Notes under the pieces: model-generated
What the model was told of the DNA's origin: nothing
Databases searched by the model: none
The model's input: the letters and a program-made list of their open reading frames with translations, nothing else
In this document: one piece after another, positions 37,209-49,281 of the stretch
How positions within the stretch are numbered: position 1 is the stretch's first letter
How the letters are laid out: every line of letters starts with the position of its first letter
Program-made: the position numbers and the translations under genes
Source: Lytechinus pictus
Lineage: Eukaryota
Length of the DNA stretch: 64,000 bases
NCBI RefSeq assembly: GCF_037042905.1
Contig: NC_087251.1
Coordinates: forward strand, 44,888,001-44,952,000
Direction: 5' to 3'

Positions 37209-39539
37209 TACAAAGCAGCCACCTCCCTCGGCCCATACATAAAAAGAGAGCATAACGTGAAATAAAGAGGGAAACTTGCAAGAGATAAAAGAAAGAAAGC
37301 GGGATAAAAGTGTTGTTTTTTTATTCATTCGTTTCCATTTCCCGCCGATTTTCCATCTATCACGGTGGTGGCGTCAAATCTTAATCAATGACATTTTTTT
37401 GGGTCATCATTACCTTTTTTTCTGTCACATAATCATTGTCAAAATTAATTTGCGGTCACTCAACTTTGACCATGCTGAAGGGCTAATTGTTAAGATTCAA
37501 TTTTTCAAGATTATTTTGAAATACAGTCTCTATTCCATAAACCAAGATGTAATGGTTATCAAGTAGCGTACTGAGCCAAAAACTTTGAGGGGGCAGATAT
37601 GCCGGTCAATATTTTCTAAAAAGCTACAAGCGAGAAAAATGTGCGAGAAAAAAATATCTTTTTGATATAAAAGTCTAATTGTATGGTGCATATTTCGATA
37701 AAAAAATTCAGAAAATGAATGTTATATTTCACAGTCTTTCCCTCTGTTTTCTTTTTTTTTTCTTGGTTGTGAAAATCTTTTGAGGGTGGGGCCTTTCCCC
37801 AAACCGCCCCCATCTGTATGCAACTGTCAAGTATCAGCATATAAATGAATATATTTCAGGTCACTACTAGGCCAACGTAAGCAGTAATTTCAGATCAATA
37901 ATGAAAAATGTATGTTTTTTTATTGTTTGAAAATTTAGTAGGCCTTGAGTGAGGTAGTTATCTGAAATTATATAAATACATAAAATGATACAAGTACAAG
38001 ATCAAAGCTCATGGACACAGGTTTTTATTTTTTCCCTTTTAATTCGAAAAATTCATCATGTTAATTAAGGGTGATATTAGGTTAATAAGTAGAAATTTTA
38101 GTACTAAATGCGCACATCCATTCATTTTTTAATTACTTAAAGATCATATAAAGAAAATATGCATCAAGTATATGATATAAATGTAATCTTCTAGCTACAA
38201 AAAAAGTATCAGAGGCAACGAATTCATGCGTCAGACGACAAATTATTTTTAAAATGCGATAGGGAGCAAACTTGGAAAAGTAAAGGGGCAGCAAATATGA
38301 TTATTATTTTTGTCGGGGGGGGGGGAGGGGACTCGAAAGCGAGGGAGAGAAGCAGCTGATCTTATCACGATGGTACTTTTGCATTTTCAATATTGTAATT
38401 ATAGGTTTTGGTGAACTCTGGTAAATTTTTATAAGAATTTTAGCAACAAAACGACTTCCACTTTTTAGGGAGTGGGAGGGGGGCCGGTTTGCCCCTACCA
38501 ACGCTGGATACGGTCGTGGACGTAACCCACATGACCGTGCAAAAGGGTCTAATTCCTCATACATACCCATTTCGGTGACACTCGTATTGTAAAATGATTA
38601 ACAAAATAATGTATTGTATATACAGCTAAAATTAATGAAATATTTCTTATTCGAGTCCTTAGACGTGGTTGCCGACACTTTTCCCCACAGTAAAATGACC
38701 CTCGCGTGTTGGCCTTGAGTTCTCTTCTGCTTCATAATCTCAATACCTGAACCCTCCCCCCCCCCCCCCCGTTTCAGAACATCCTGGCGCTACCCCTGAC
38801 TATTATTATTCTCTTCTCCTCCCCCCTTTTTTTTTGGGGGGGGGGTCCCTCAGCCCCTGGAACCAATGCCCCTGATAAAAGCATTCTCCGCTCATTGTTT
38901 TCCCCGTAAGATTTTGATTAAATTTTTTTTTTTTTTTTTTTTTTGGGGGGGGGGTTAGTTTGGGGTAAAATTTTATATTGGCCTAGTCCACTACATAAAG
39001 CGTTGTGTTCGAAATCCTCATTTCTCGAGGAAGACCTTTTCTCGCAGTTGGCCAAGCTATTATTCAGAGAGGAATTCAGGGATGACAAAAGGGCAGTAAG
39101 TTTTGTAATTATGCTAGTATGACCCTGCTGCACCCCCACTCTCAGACTGCACCCCCCCCCAGTGGCGTACCTAGGATTTTCCAGAAGGGGGGCAATTTTT
39201 TTGGAGGATATTTCGTCCGAGAAAAAATTTCACAAGCAATAAAAAAAAAAAAAGGTCTTCAACAACAAATAAAGGATTTCTTACCCCCAAAAAAAATTGA
39301 CAAGCAAAAAAAGATAAGATCTTCAACCAAAAATAGGTATTCAGGTGCATTTTTACATTTTACAAATTATTAATTTGGCTTCTCAAAAGGGGTGGGGGGC
39401 ACGTCCCCTGTATCAGTTGTGACTCGTCAGGGGGGGGCAGGGATACGTCCCCTGCATGAGTTGTGACTCGTCAGGGGGGCAATCTGCCCCCCTGCCCCCC
39501 CCTTAGGTGCCCCCCCCCCCCCGCCAAGATCCAAACTCG

Positions 39540-40260
39540 CCAATTGATACTGATGGATACTGACCCTGACTTACTCGATGCATAATGCTTCATTGGCTCA
39601 TGATGAGATTGCGCAATGAGAAGATATTACCGAACAATAGTCAAAGTTTTCCTTGATAAATTATTGGTCAAAAGTTAATTGAGAGTAGCCAATGAGAATC
39701 CGATATGTCGAGCGTCACTAGGATGAAAAGAGTAACGTTTCATAATTGGTCGGGGGACTGGCGACGACGAAAATTGAGGGGGGGGGGGCGGTGATGGACC
39801 TGCCCTGTGGAAATCAAGGTTTTTGCTATGAAATTGACATCCACTATCGATAAAACAAACTCCGAACAAGAAGTTAAATCAAGATAATAATTCATATTGC
39901 AGACGGGATTGCAGAGCGTTTTGCCATAAAACATGTTGGTTACTTTAATTGGTTCCGTCATTATCACCATTTCAACGACAAATGCGATCCTCGGTTATGA
40001 CATTGGTTCATAACCACGAACAACTCGGTCAAAGGTTGGTCAAAGGCTACTAGTATTTCATATTTGTGGTTTTGCAAACAGAAATGTCAACATTGTTTTT
40101 TCTTCTTCTGGTGTATTGTCGTTCGCCGAGCTAGCGAGGCGTCTGTACACGTATGGGCTGCCGCTCGAGTCGCTGAGCTACCTGCACGTTGCGCTCGCAA
40201 TCATGAGTGGTTTGTGTACCGTACGTGTATTATCTCGCGATGTGTAATACTATTCTGAGA
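39540..40260 (+). promoter_or_regulatory. Putative EGLN promoter: several CCAAT/ATTGG boxes, C/EBP palindrome ATTGCGCAAT (39608-39617), CpG-rich patch with HRE cores (40148-40153, 40185-40189, 40222-40227) and TCTCGCGA (40233-40240)
   Basis: Motifs are seen directly upstream of ATG 40460; function is inferred. Confidence 0.55.
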
Positions 40261-40459
40261 ATCACATTCATAACAACAATACATCCGACAGGAGTAAGTA
40301 GGGGCCTACTCTACCATGTTGCAGCAAGACGTCAACTAACTGTTCTCCTTTGTTTAATTTCTCATCTCACAACCGAGACATGATTATCGAGTGGCCGATT
40401 GCAGTATCTTAAATCATTCTTTGTGAAGACCATCAAGTTGAATCTAAAGTCACACAGAT

Positions 40460-41578
40460 ATGGACATTCATGGCGTACGTGACAAAAGTGGGCTCGGGAA
40501 AGCGACAGTTCAGGAGGCGAGGCAAGAGGCCGTTTCGAGTCCTCCGGCACCTTCAGAAGCTGCTTGTGCCATTGAATTATGTTCAGTTATGAGTCAATTG
40601 TCATGTTCTCGTTGTAAAGATGTATGTTATTGTTCCAAAGAACATATGGAAAGTGATTTGCAAAGTCATAAAAAGGTATGTAGATCAGCTGTAGGAGATC
40701 AAATATCTAAAGCCAGCAGTAACCAAAGTATGAAAGCAAGTTTGCCAAGTCTTCGTAATCTTCGCAAACACTCAACAGGTGACAGTAAGCCAAGCTTAAG
40801 GTATTACGAGAGCTCGTCATCGTCATCTATGTCGTCAACGTCGTCATCTTCGTCTTTCTCATCTCTGTCGGTGTCAAGGGATCTGCAGAGTTTAGGACTG
40901 ATGTCCAGTGGCTCGCTCAGCAGTCTATCAGATGTGAACGACAGTCAGTTTGAGCAAGAGAACGAGCAATCAACATCAACAGGATCGTTTCGACGCACCA
41001 CATCATGTGGACGCGGGCTCAAACCTTTGTCGGAACTTGGAGAAATGCAAGACATCGACGAGTTCAACACGGAAGGCTACAGGAGCACCGTTCCTTCTGT
41101 TTCATTCATTCTTGGTCCGCCTCAGAACACTGGCAGCAGTGACTCAAACGTGATCACCTCACCTACGCCGTTTTCGGTTGGTGTCGCCCCTCAGTTGAAG
41201 TTCCCCACAAATGCAGACAATGGCGACCAAATCAATGCCCCTGTCAATGTGAACTTGTCACCGTTGGTCAGGTACATTGTGAAAAACATGATGGACAAAG
41301 GTATCTGTGTGGTTGATAAGTTTCTGAATGAATCCCTTGGAGACGAGATCTTGAAGGAGGTGAAGGCCCTTCACCAAGATGGCAACCTGACGGATGGACA
41401 GCTTGTGTACAGCCAGGAGCATACATCCAGTAAAGAGATCCGAGGGGATAAGATTGCGTGGAAAGATGGAACGGAGGAAGGATGCTCCAGTATTGGACAC
41501 CTCATCTCGAAGATGGATGCAATCATCATGCAGTGTCAGGGCCATCTTGGAAAGCTTGTCATCAATGGGCGGACAAAG
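40460..41578 (+). CDS. EGLN1: HIF prolyl hydroxylase (EGLN1/PHD2-type) exon 1: MYND finger, Ser-rich linker, start of the catalytic domain
   Basis: CSRCK..YCSKEH....HKKVC MYND; YIVKNMMDKGICVVDKFL...DGQLV...IRGDKIAW.DG.EEGC..IG.L...MD...INGRTK; donor AAG|GTGAG at 41579. Confidence 0.93.
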
Positions 41579-42013
41579 GTGAGCACAGCAGACTTGAACT
41601 TTCCCAATCTTAGTATTGTAGGAACCATTGAATGATTTTTTTTTTTTTTGGGGGGGGGGGGGCTTAGTACAAAGGGCCCTTTCCTCTCTATGCACTAAAC
41701 TCTGCAATCCAAGAAAAAATGAAAGATTTAAAGAGGAGAATGAACCCGGCATTGGAACAAATAGCTTGTGAGGAGACAGAAAACTAAAAAATAAATGAAA
41801 GTTTGAGAAAAAAATTGAACACATAATAAGAAAGTTCAATTTGAGCATTTGTCTAAGTGTTCTCAAACTTTCATTGATATTATACTCTGACTTTTCTGTT
41901 TTCATACAAGCTTACTTGTTCCAAGGGTTTCATTTTTCTTTAACCAGTGAGACTGCTCAGTAGTGAACCTGTGCAAGCACAAACCTGACTTCATTGCATT
42001 GAATTCTCTTTAA

Positions 42014-42603
42014 AGGTCAAGTCCACCTTAGAAAATTGTTGATTTCAATCAATAGAGAAAATCAAACTAGCAAAACGTTGAAAATTTCATCAAAATCGAA
42101 TTTAAAATAACTTTATGACATTTCGAAGTGCCGCTTATTTTCAACAAAACAGTTATTTGCACAATTTAGTCACGTGCAAATGAGAGAATCGATGATGTCC
42201 CTCACTCACTATTTTTTTTTTTTTATTGTTTGAATTGTACAATATTTCAAATTTTACCAATTTGACAATATGGACAAACTTAACTGAACCATACAATGTT
42301 ATAATAATGGTAATACCACATTTTCAGGGAGAAATAAAACTTTGTTTCACAGGAAAATGAGGAGAAAATTAGAATATTTCATATAATAAAATACAAAAGA
42401 AATAGTGAGTGGGTGATGTCATCAGTTCCCTCATTCACATACCAACTGGTATGTGCATCTAACTGTTTTGTGAAATTAAGCGAAACTTTAAAATGTCATA
42501 ACTTTCTTATTTTACATCCGATTTTGATGAAATTTTCAGCGTTGTGCTTGTTGGATTTTTCTCTCTTTATTCAAATCAGCTTTTTGTTGGGTGGACTTGT
42601 CCT
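42014..42603. mobile_element. Kolobok-like MITE family A
   Basis: TTAA|AGGTCAAGTCCACC...GGTGGACTTGTCCT|TTAA. Confidence 0.85.
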
Positions 42604-42857
42604 TTAAAAAAAGGAAAGAAAAGAAAGAGTAAGGGGAAAAAAATCACAGAGTGCACTCAACCTAGTGTCATAAGGTAGGTTCTGCAGATAAATATTATGA
42701 CAGTGGATACCCTATTACTGTAAAGTGTAAATGCCAAATTGAGCATATATTTCAAAATTGTATTCATTTCCAACTGAAAGAACTACAGTAAAATATTACA
42801 AATCCATTATTACTTGTTGATTACATAAAATGTGTATATGTAGATCTTGAGGTAAAA

Positions 42858-43072
42858 TATGATGCTGGTGGTGGTGATGGTGATGATGATGCCAAAACTT
42901 CTGCTGCTACTGCTTATGATGATGGTGGTAATAATGAGGAGGATGAAGTGGAGGTGGAGAGTGATGATGAAGAGGAGGAGGAGAAGGAGGATGATGATGT
43001 GGAGGTGGTGGAGGAGGAGGAGGATGATGATGATGCTGATGATGGTGATGATTATGATGATAGTTATTGCTG
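42858..43072 (+). repeat. Compound (ATG/GTG/AGG)n trinucleotide repeat
   Basis: Seen directly. Confidence 0.9.
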
Positions 43073-44667
43073 ATAGCTAGGACATACGTCTTAACACAAG
43101 TATGATAAATTAATGCTAGCAGAGCTTAAAAAGTTAAAACTAACAACAAAGCAACTTGTTTTGTACACAGTATGTCTTCATCTTATGACCAGGGAATTTA
43201 AAACTAATCAGTTCAGTGTTGTAACTAAATTATTGCACGTTGGGCCAGGGAGTTTGTGGTATTCCCTGGTTGGTTTATCATGAAGTATGGAGCAGTATCT
43301 GTACACATGGCTCTGTAAAAGTGCTCAGATATGATTCCAGCAGGGCATGTGTGCTGCTGAACTTTATTATTTTTTAGGCTCTTTATGAGGTAAAAATTGA
43401 TATGGTATTTTAAAGGTTTTTATATTTTATTCATGAAAATTATCTTAATATTTTGTATGTTTGTACAAAAAAGGCAGAAACATCAAATATAAACACTTAA
43501 ATAGGTTTTAGGGATCCCTCTACACCTGCATACCCCGTATTTATAGTTTTGTTGCACACCTTTGTAATAAAGTAAACTATTTGAATTTGAATTCGTTGTT
43601 CCTTTTCTGCTCCCCATGGGACTAACTTGCATTAAGTATGACCTAATACAGGCTTCTCTTAGAATTGCTACTATATGAAAGTGAAACAAGGAGATTTCTA
43701 CTGTAAGTGTTTTGTGAATCCTTGATGAAGAACTGGGTTTAAAATAAATTAAGTCTTTTCTTGAGGGATTTTTTTTTCACTAAATAACAATTCCATTAAC
43801 ACTTGCATTTGCAGCTTGTCTCTTCTATCCCATAGTTCTACCCTCATAATATTCCTGTGCACCCCCCTGTCCCAAAACCATCCATTTAATGTCACAGTAA
43901 TTACTTAGCATAGATGAGGAAAGAAGTAATCGGAGGTTCAGACTATAAACCATGGGGTGTGGGGGTTGATATCCTGGTGAAGAATCCTCCCCAGGGAGTG
44001 GATATTGTGCACATCAATTTACCTTTTGAATTCCTGACTGACTGGGGAAGTGCTTTGCACACATCCTCAGAGGTAGAGGCAAGCACATCCATTAATGAAT
44101 AAGGTAAACCTTTGTTCAAATTTATCCTTTTGAATTAGGCTTAATATGCTGATCATGTTTTCCTTATACCTTTCTACACAATGTGGTGTCTTTTATGACT
44201 TTCCTTTCCTTGCCATTATAATTATATAGTTTACAGTGAAAAGTAATAATCTTGTTCTGTAATACCTGTATACTCATTACTTATGTCCTTATTCCACCAA
44301 TATCTTGTGTAAAATGGAAGGGTGTCATCTCCCAACGTCATTAGGCCTACCTTGAATTCTATGACCCGCTAATAAATTGGTAATTGGAGGCTACAAATGG
44401 AGATATATATGGAGTATCACCTAACCTTTACGCATGCTGTGAATGAACCTAATTGGGTGAATGCACTTTTGGCCCACTCGTAAGGAGTCCTCATGCCTGC
44501 CCCAGCTTTCACATACAGCATGAATAATTGATTAACTTACAGTAGGCCTATATTAAATCTATTTGTAGTCTCATGATAAAAAGGTTTTGGAGCCACATTA
44601 AACTTATTACTCCTAAACCAGCAGGATTACTGTCTAGTATGGCTACCTAGAAAAATTATTCCATATA

Positions 44668-45102
44668 CAGACCTGCCAACCAGTACGTTTTAGCCGTATT
44701 TAGTACGTTTTTGCAACCAAAATACGGCAGTACGTTTTTTCTTTGAAAAATACGTTGTTTTTTTTTTTTTTTAACTAAATCGTAATTTATTGAGAAAAAT
44801 AATCTCAATATGTCTCTATTTCATAAAACGTGCACAAATATGGTTATTAGATCAATGTAATTTCAGGTAACTTGTTTTTTTTTTCAATCATTTTGTTAAA
44901 ACCAGGCTGAAGATATACACATGTTTTAATGTTTTTTTTTTTCATCTGCAAGAGCAGTGCGCATTTTAGCTTGCATGCAGCTTGAGCGCCGCGATGAGTG
45001 AGTGCGGCAAGCAATTTATTATGAAATACACTTTTTGGGGGAAAAATACAGTTTTTTTTATCACAGAATACAGTTTTTCATTCCCAGAGGTTGGCAGGTC
45101 TG
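44668..45102. mobile_element. MITE with TIR CAGACCTGCCAACC and 6-bp TSD CATATA
   Basis: Perfect 14-bp TIR; CATATA at 44662-44667 and 45103-45108. Confidence 0.8.
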
Positions 45103-47910
45103 CATATACTATATAAATTCATAAAGTCAGAGCAAGAGTGAGCTCTTTGAATTAATGATAATAATAATTCTTATTTACCCAAGGTAACCATTTCAACTAT
45201 TAGTTGATTTTCAAGTGGGCCTTGCATTATATAATTTACTTTTATTACCCTTCTCCTTACTCATGAATAATTGATTAACTTACATTACTGTTTTTCGTAG
45301 GCTTTATTTACACATTTTGGCCCCTAAACAAGTTGTCGCCAGATTATGACCCCGGGGAAATCGCTTGGGTAAAAAAACATACCCTAAACATGTTTGGCTA
45401 GTCTTTAAAAAAAAAGCTTTGGAAAAAACACATACCCTAGATACGTTTGACCCTGCGATTGAGCATTGACCAGTCTTTCAAAACTACCCCTTTTTTGGAA
45501 AATCAATGTTTTTTATACCCTTAATGAGTGCACACGTGGCCCGCGTCCAAAATTGAATAAACACCCCTTTAAACATGTTTTTGGGGTCATGCGTGTGTAC
45601 AGCAAACTATTTGACTGCCCCCCCCCCACCCCCCCGGAAAGAAGCCCTCAAAAATCATTAAGAATTTTTGAAATATTTTTTTGCCTGATACAAACAATCA
45701 CATGATTTGATTTTCTGAAACAGTAAATGAGATTTTCAAAAGGTAAAATCCCCACCTGTAAAGTTCAAAGTTATATATATACCCTGCCAAACAAAATGAA
45801 TTTTAACAGCCCCCCCCCCCCACCACCAAGTAAAGAGAGACAAATCAAAGAAGCTTCATATACAGAGAATGTCAACAAAATTGGATTTAAAATTTGAAAG
45901 TTAGGACATTTGAAAAGTTTGCTTAATTTCACAAAAACAAATTCACATCCTGGTCAGTAGGCAAGGCAAATAAGGGAACCGATGACATCACCCACTTTAT
46001 TTTTTTTCTTTTGTTTTATATTGCTTGAAATATTTAAATTTTCTCCCTATTAGGTGAAACAAAGCTTGATTAATCTCTGAACATGGGGGAACTGCCATTG
46101 TTGAAACCTATGAAGAACGTCCTAATTGTCATATTTGTAAAAATGAAATATTGTGTTTTATAATTCAAACAATAATATACAAAAGAAAAATAGTGAGTGA
46201 CATCATTGACTCTCATTTGCTCGTCACTGTGTTGTGCATACATGTAAGTGATTTGTGAACATTTATCTTATTTTATATCCATTTTTTTTGTTATCTTTCA
46301 AAGATTTTTATTAGAAATACTTTGTTTTTATCTCTATCTCACTTGCTTTGTCTTATGGAATGTACATATACAATGGTTTTTTTCATCCAATTTTGATGAA
46401 ATTTGTAGTCATACTTGTTTGATTTTTCTCTTTATTCAGATCAAATTTTTGTTGGGATGGACTTGCTTTTTAACCATGAAAAAAACCCACACAATTAAAT
46501 GATTTGTTTAATAAAATTATGGAAATGAAAGCATAGAATCCTTGGTCTTTTTTCTTTGATTTAGCTACCATCTTAGAGAGCAGATCTATATGGAACTCCT
46601 GAGACAATTTCACAAAACAGTTATATTCACATCCTTGTCGGTTTGCAAATTAGGAGACTGATGACATCACTCACTCACTATTTCTTTTGTATTTTATTAT
46701 ATGAAATATGGAATATTCTAATTTTCCCCTCATTGTTAAGTGAAACAACGATTAATTTCTCCCTGAAGATGTGGAATTAGCATTGTGTAATACTATATGG
46801 TTCAATCAGGTTGGTCCTTATTGTTAAATCTGTAAAAATGAAATATTGTAGAATTCAAACAATAAAAAACAAAAGAAATAGTGGGTGAGGGACATCATCG
46901 ACTGTCTCATTGCATGTCACTGAGTTGGGCATATGACTGTTTTGTGAAAAATAAGCGAAATTTAAAATGTCATAACTTTCTTATTTTACATCCGATATTT
47001 TGGTGAAATTTTCAGTGTTATGCTCGTTTGATTTTTCTCTATTTATTCAAATCAACATTTTTCTGGGGTGAACTTGACCTTTAAGTTTTTGAAATGACAT
47101 AACTTAGAAAGTATATGGATCTAGTTCATGAAACTTGGACAAAAGGGTAATGAAGTATGGGTTAATATCCTGCCTGCGTTTCCTGAGTCACATGACCAAG
47201 GTGAAAGGTCAATTAGGGTCAATGGACTTTGGCCATGTTGTGAGTATTTGTTGAATTGCCATCATAACTTAATAACATAAGTTAATGGATATAGTTCATG
47301 AAATGGGGACATAGCCATACATGTACAGGTAATCAAGTATCACTGGTCATCTTGCACAAGTCTTAGGTCACATGATTAAGGTCAAATGTTATTTTGGGTC
47401 AATGAACATAGTATTTCATTATTATATGAATGGTGTTTTTTGTGAATAACTATTTCATAGTCATTTTCAAAGTCAGCACTGTTGCTACATGTATATTGAT
47501 TCACATAATGCAGGTGCACATGAGACTGCCAGAGGCACTCGGACATATTACTCAAGAGGCGTTATAAGACTTGCAATTGATAAAAGATGAGATTATAAGT
47601 TTTTTAGGATAGACCAACATTGTGATGAGAAGTAGATAACATGGAAAATTTTCCTCTTTTTTTTTTTTTTTGGGGGGGGAGGGGCACACTGTGCCAGACC
47701 TGGCAATGGCTTTACATGTAAATATAGATTCTAATGTTTATTCTATGATTTGAGAAGAGTAAATTTACCAACTTTATTATTCATTGTTTTGATTTAAAAA
47801 GTGATTTTAAGTGAAGTTTTATTGTACATCCATGGTGTCCAGCCCACCCCCTGCCCCCATGCAAATCTCAAGAATGTTGAAGAAAAGTCCACATTATAGG
47901 TAATAAAAAG

Positions 47911-48273
47911 GCTACATTTCCAATTCGTCTAATGCCAATATGTCCAATTGCCAACTTGTCTACTATCATTTGGTCTACCATCAGTTCGTCCAATATCCAC
48001 ATGGTCTACTTTCATTTAGTCTAATGCCATTCCATCTACTAACCAATAGCCATTTAGTCCATATACCATTTGGTCTAATTGGACTAAGAAATGAAATGAA
48101 TAATAGACCAACAGGTCACAGGTCACCAACGGTCACAGACAAAATGGTGCTTAGACGAAGTGATGATTGGACCAAATGGTTGTCAGACGAAATGTTGATG
48201 GACGGAATGGCATTAGACTAAATGAAAGTAGACAATGTGGTGAGTGGACGAGTTGGCAGTAGACGAATATACC
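47911..48273. mobile_element. Foldback MITE (Merlin-like), second copy
   Basis: High similarity to 9129-9564; TSD ATAAAAAG/GTAAAAAG. Confidence 0.75.
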
Positions 48274-49064
48274 GTAAAAAGGAGTTTGAAAGAATGTGTA
48301 GAGAAGTAAACAAACTGTACTCATTTGGAAGAACAAGAGACTAAACAATAAACGTGTTATCATCGTTTATATTGATGCTTGTATGAGGATGAAAGTCCGG
48401 GGACCCAAGCTAGCATGCTTCTTACTGCACGTACTCCATTGGGCCATTACTGGAATGTAAACAAACCCTAGTTTATGCAGTCACACTGCCCCATCATAGT
48501 ATTTCATCATCTGTCATTGCTTCTTCAAACTACACGTCAGGGCAGGTTTCCCTCAAACTGTACACTTGATGATCAATTGCGTCTTGTTTTCCATTTCCTC
48601 TTTTAATCCATCAAGCACGCACAGCATCAAATCAATATGTTGTCGGTTTGTTGATGGTGGAATTCCTGCATACAGACCCACTGAGGTTCATTCTGGAATT
48701 AATTTCAGCTATGATTTATGGTCCTATTCCTGGAGGGCGTCTGGTATCGGGAGCTTTAGGCTGAATTTTCTCCCAATGTCAAGGACGAATATTAATGCGC
48801 AACCTGAGTATATTTTAACCATTACCTTGCATCAATTTGTCTGCGACTCTGCGGTCAAAATATAAGTACTTAGGGGTTTTGGGTCACACTGAGATAAGAA
48901 TAGATAGGGGGGTGGGGTTATTCATTGATTCGATAGGGCGATTTAAATCAGTAAAATTACAATCAAAACAGTATTAGTGGCTTCCTCTCTCTCTATAGCA
49001 ACCACCTGTCTATAGTGACCACTTAAACTGATTCCCATGGAGGCAGATTGTGTTATAAATGTGA

Positions 49065-49281
49065 CACGACATTTGCTCCTGCGACAATTGCTCCAGGCTT
49101 TATTTTGTCTTAAGGTACAGGTATAGGGTTATTAGGGTTGCATGCAATAGGGTTTTATTTTAGGTTGAGGATTCAGTTTAGGATAGGGTAAAGTTTTAAA
49201 TCCAGGGTTAAAGTTGGAGAATCCATTAGTGCGTGGAATTCACAGCGGAGCAATTGTTGCCGGAGCAAATGTCACGGAACC
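49065..49281. mobile_element. MITE with TIR GACATTTGCTCC.GCGACAATTGCTCC and internal TAGGGTT-like repeats, nested in another element (~48985-49335)
   Basis: Inverted repeats seen directly. Confidence 0.6.

Noticed and set aside
41258-41905. 215-aa minus-strand ORF
   Set aside because: It is antisense to EGLN exon 1 joined to MITE and homopolymer sequence.
42859-43080. Met/Arg-rich ORF
   Set aside because: It is the translation of a trinucleotide repeat.
49115-49212. Interstitial telomere
   Set aside because: Only a few degenerate TAGGGTT units, inside a MITE.
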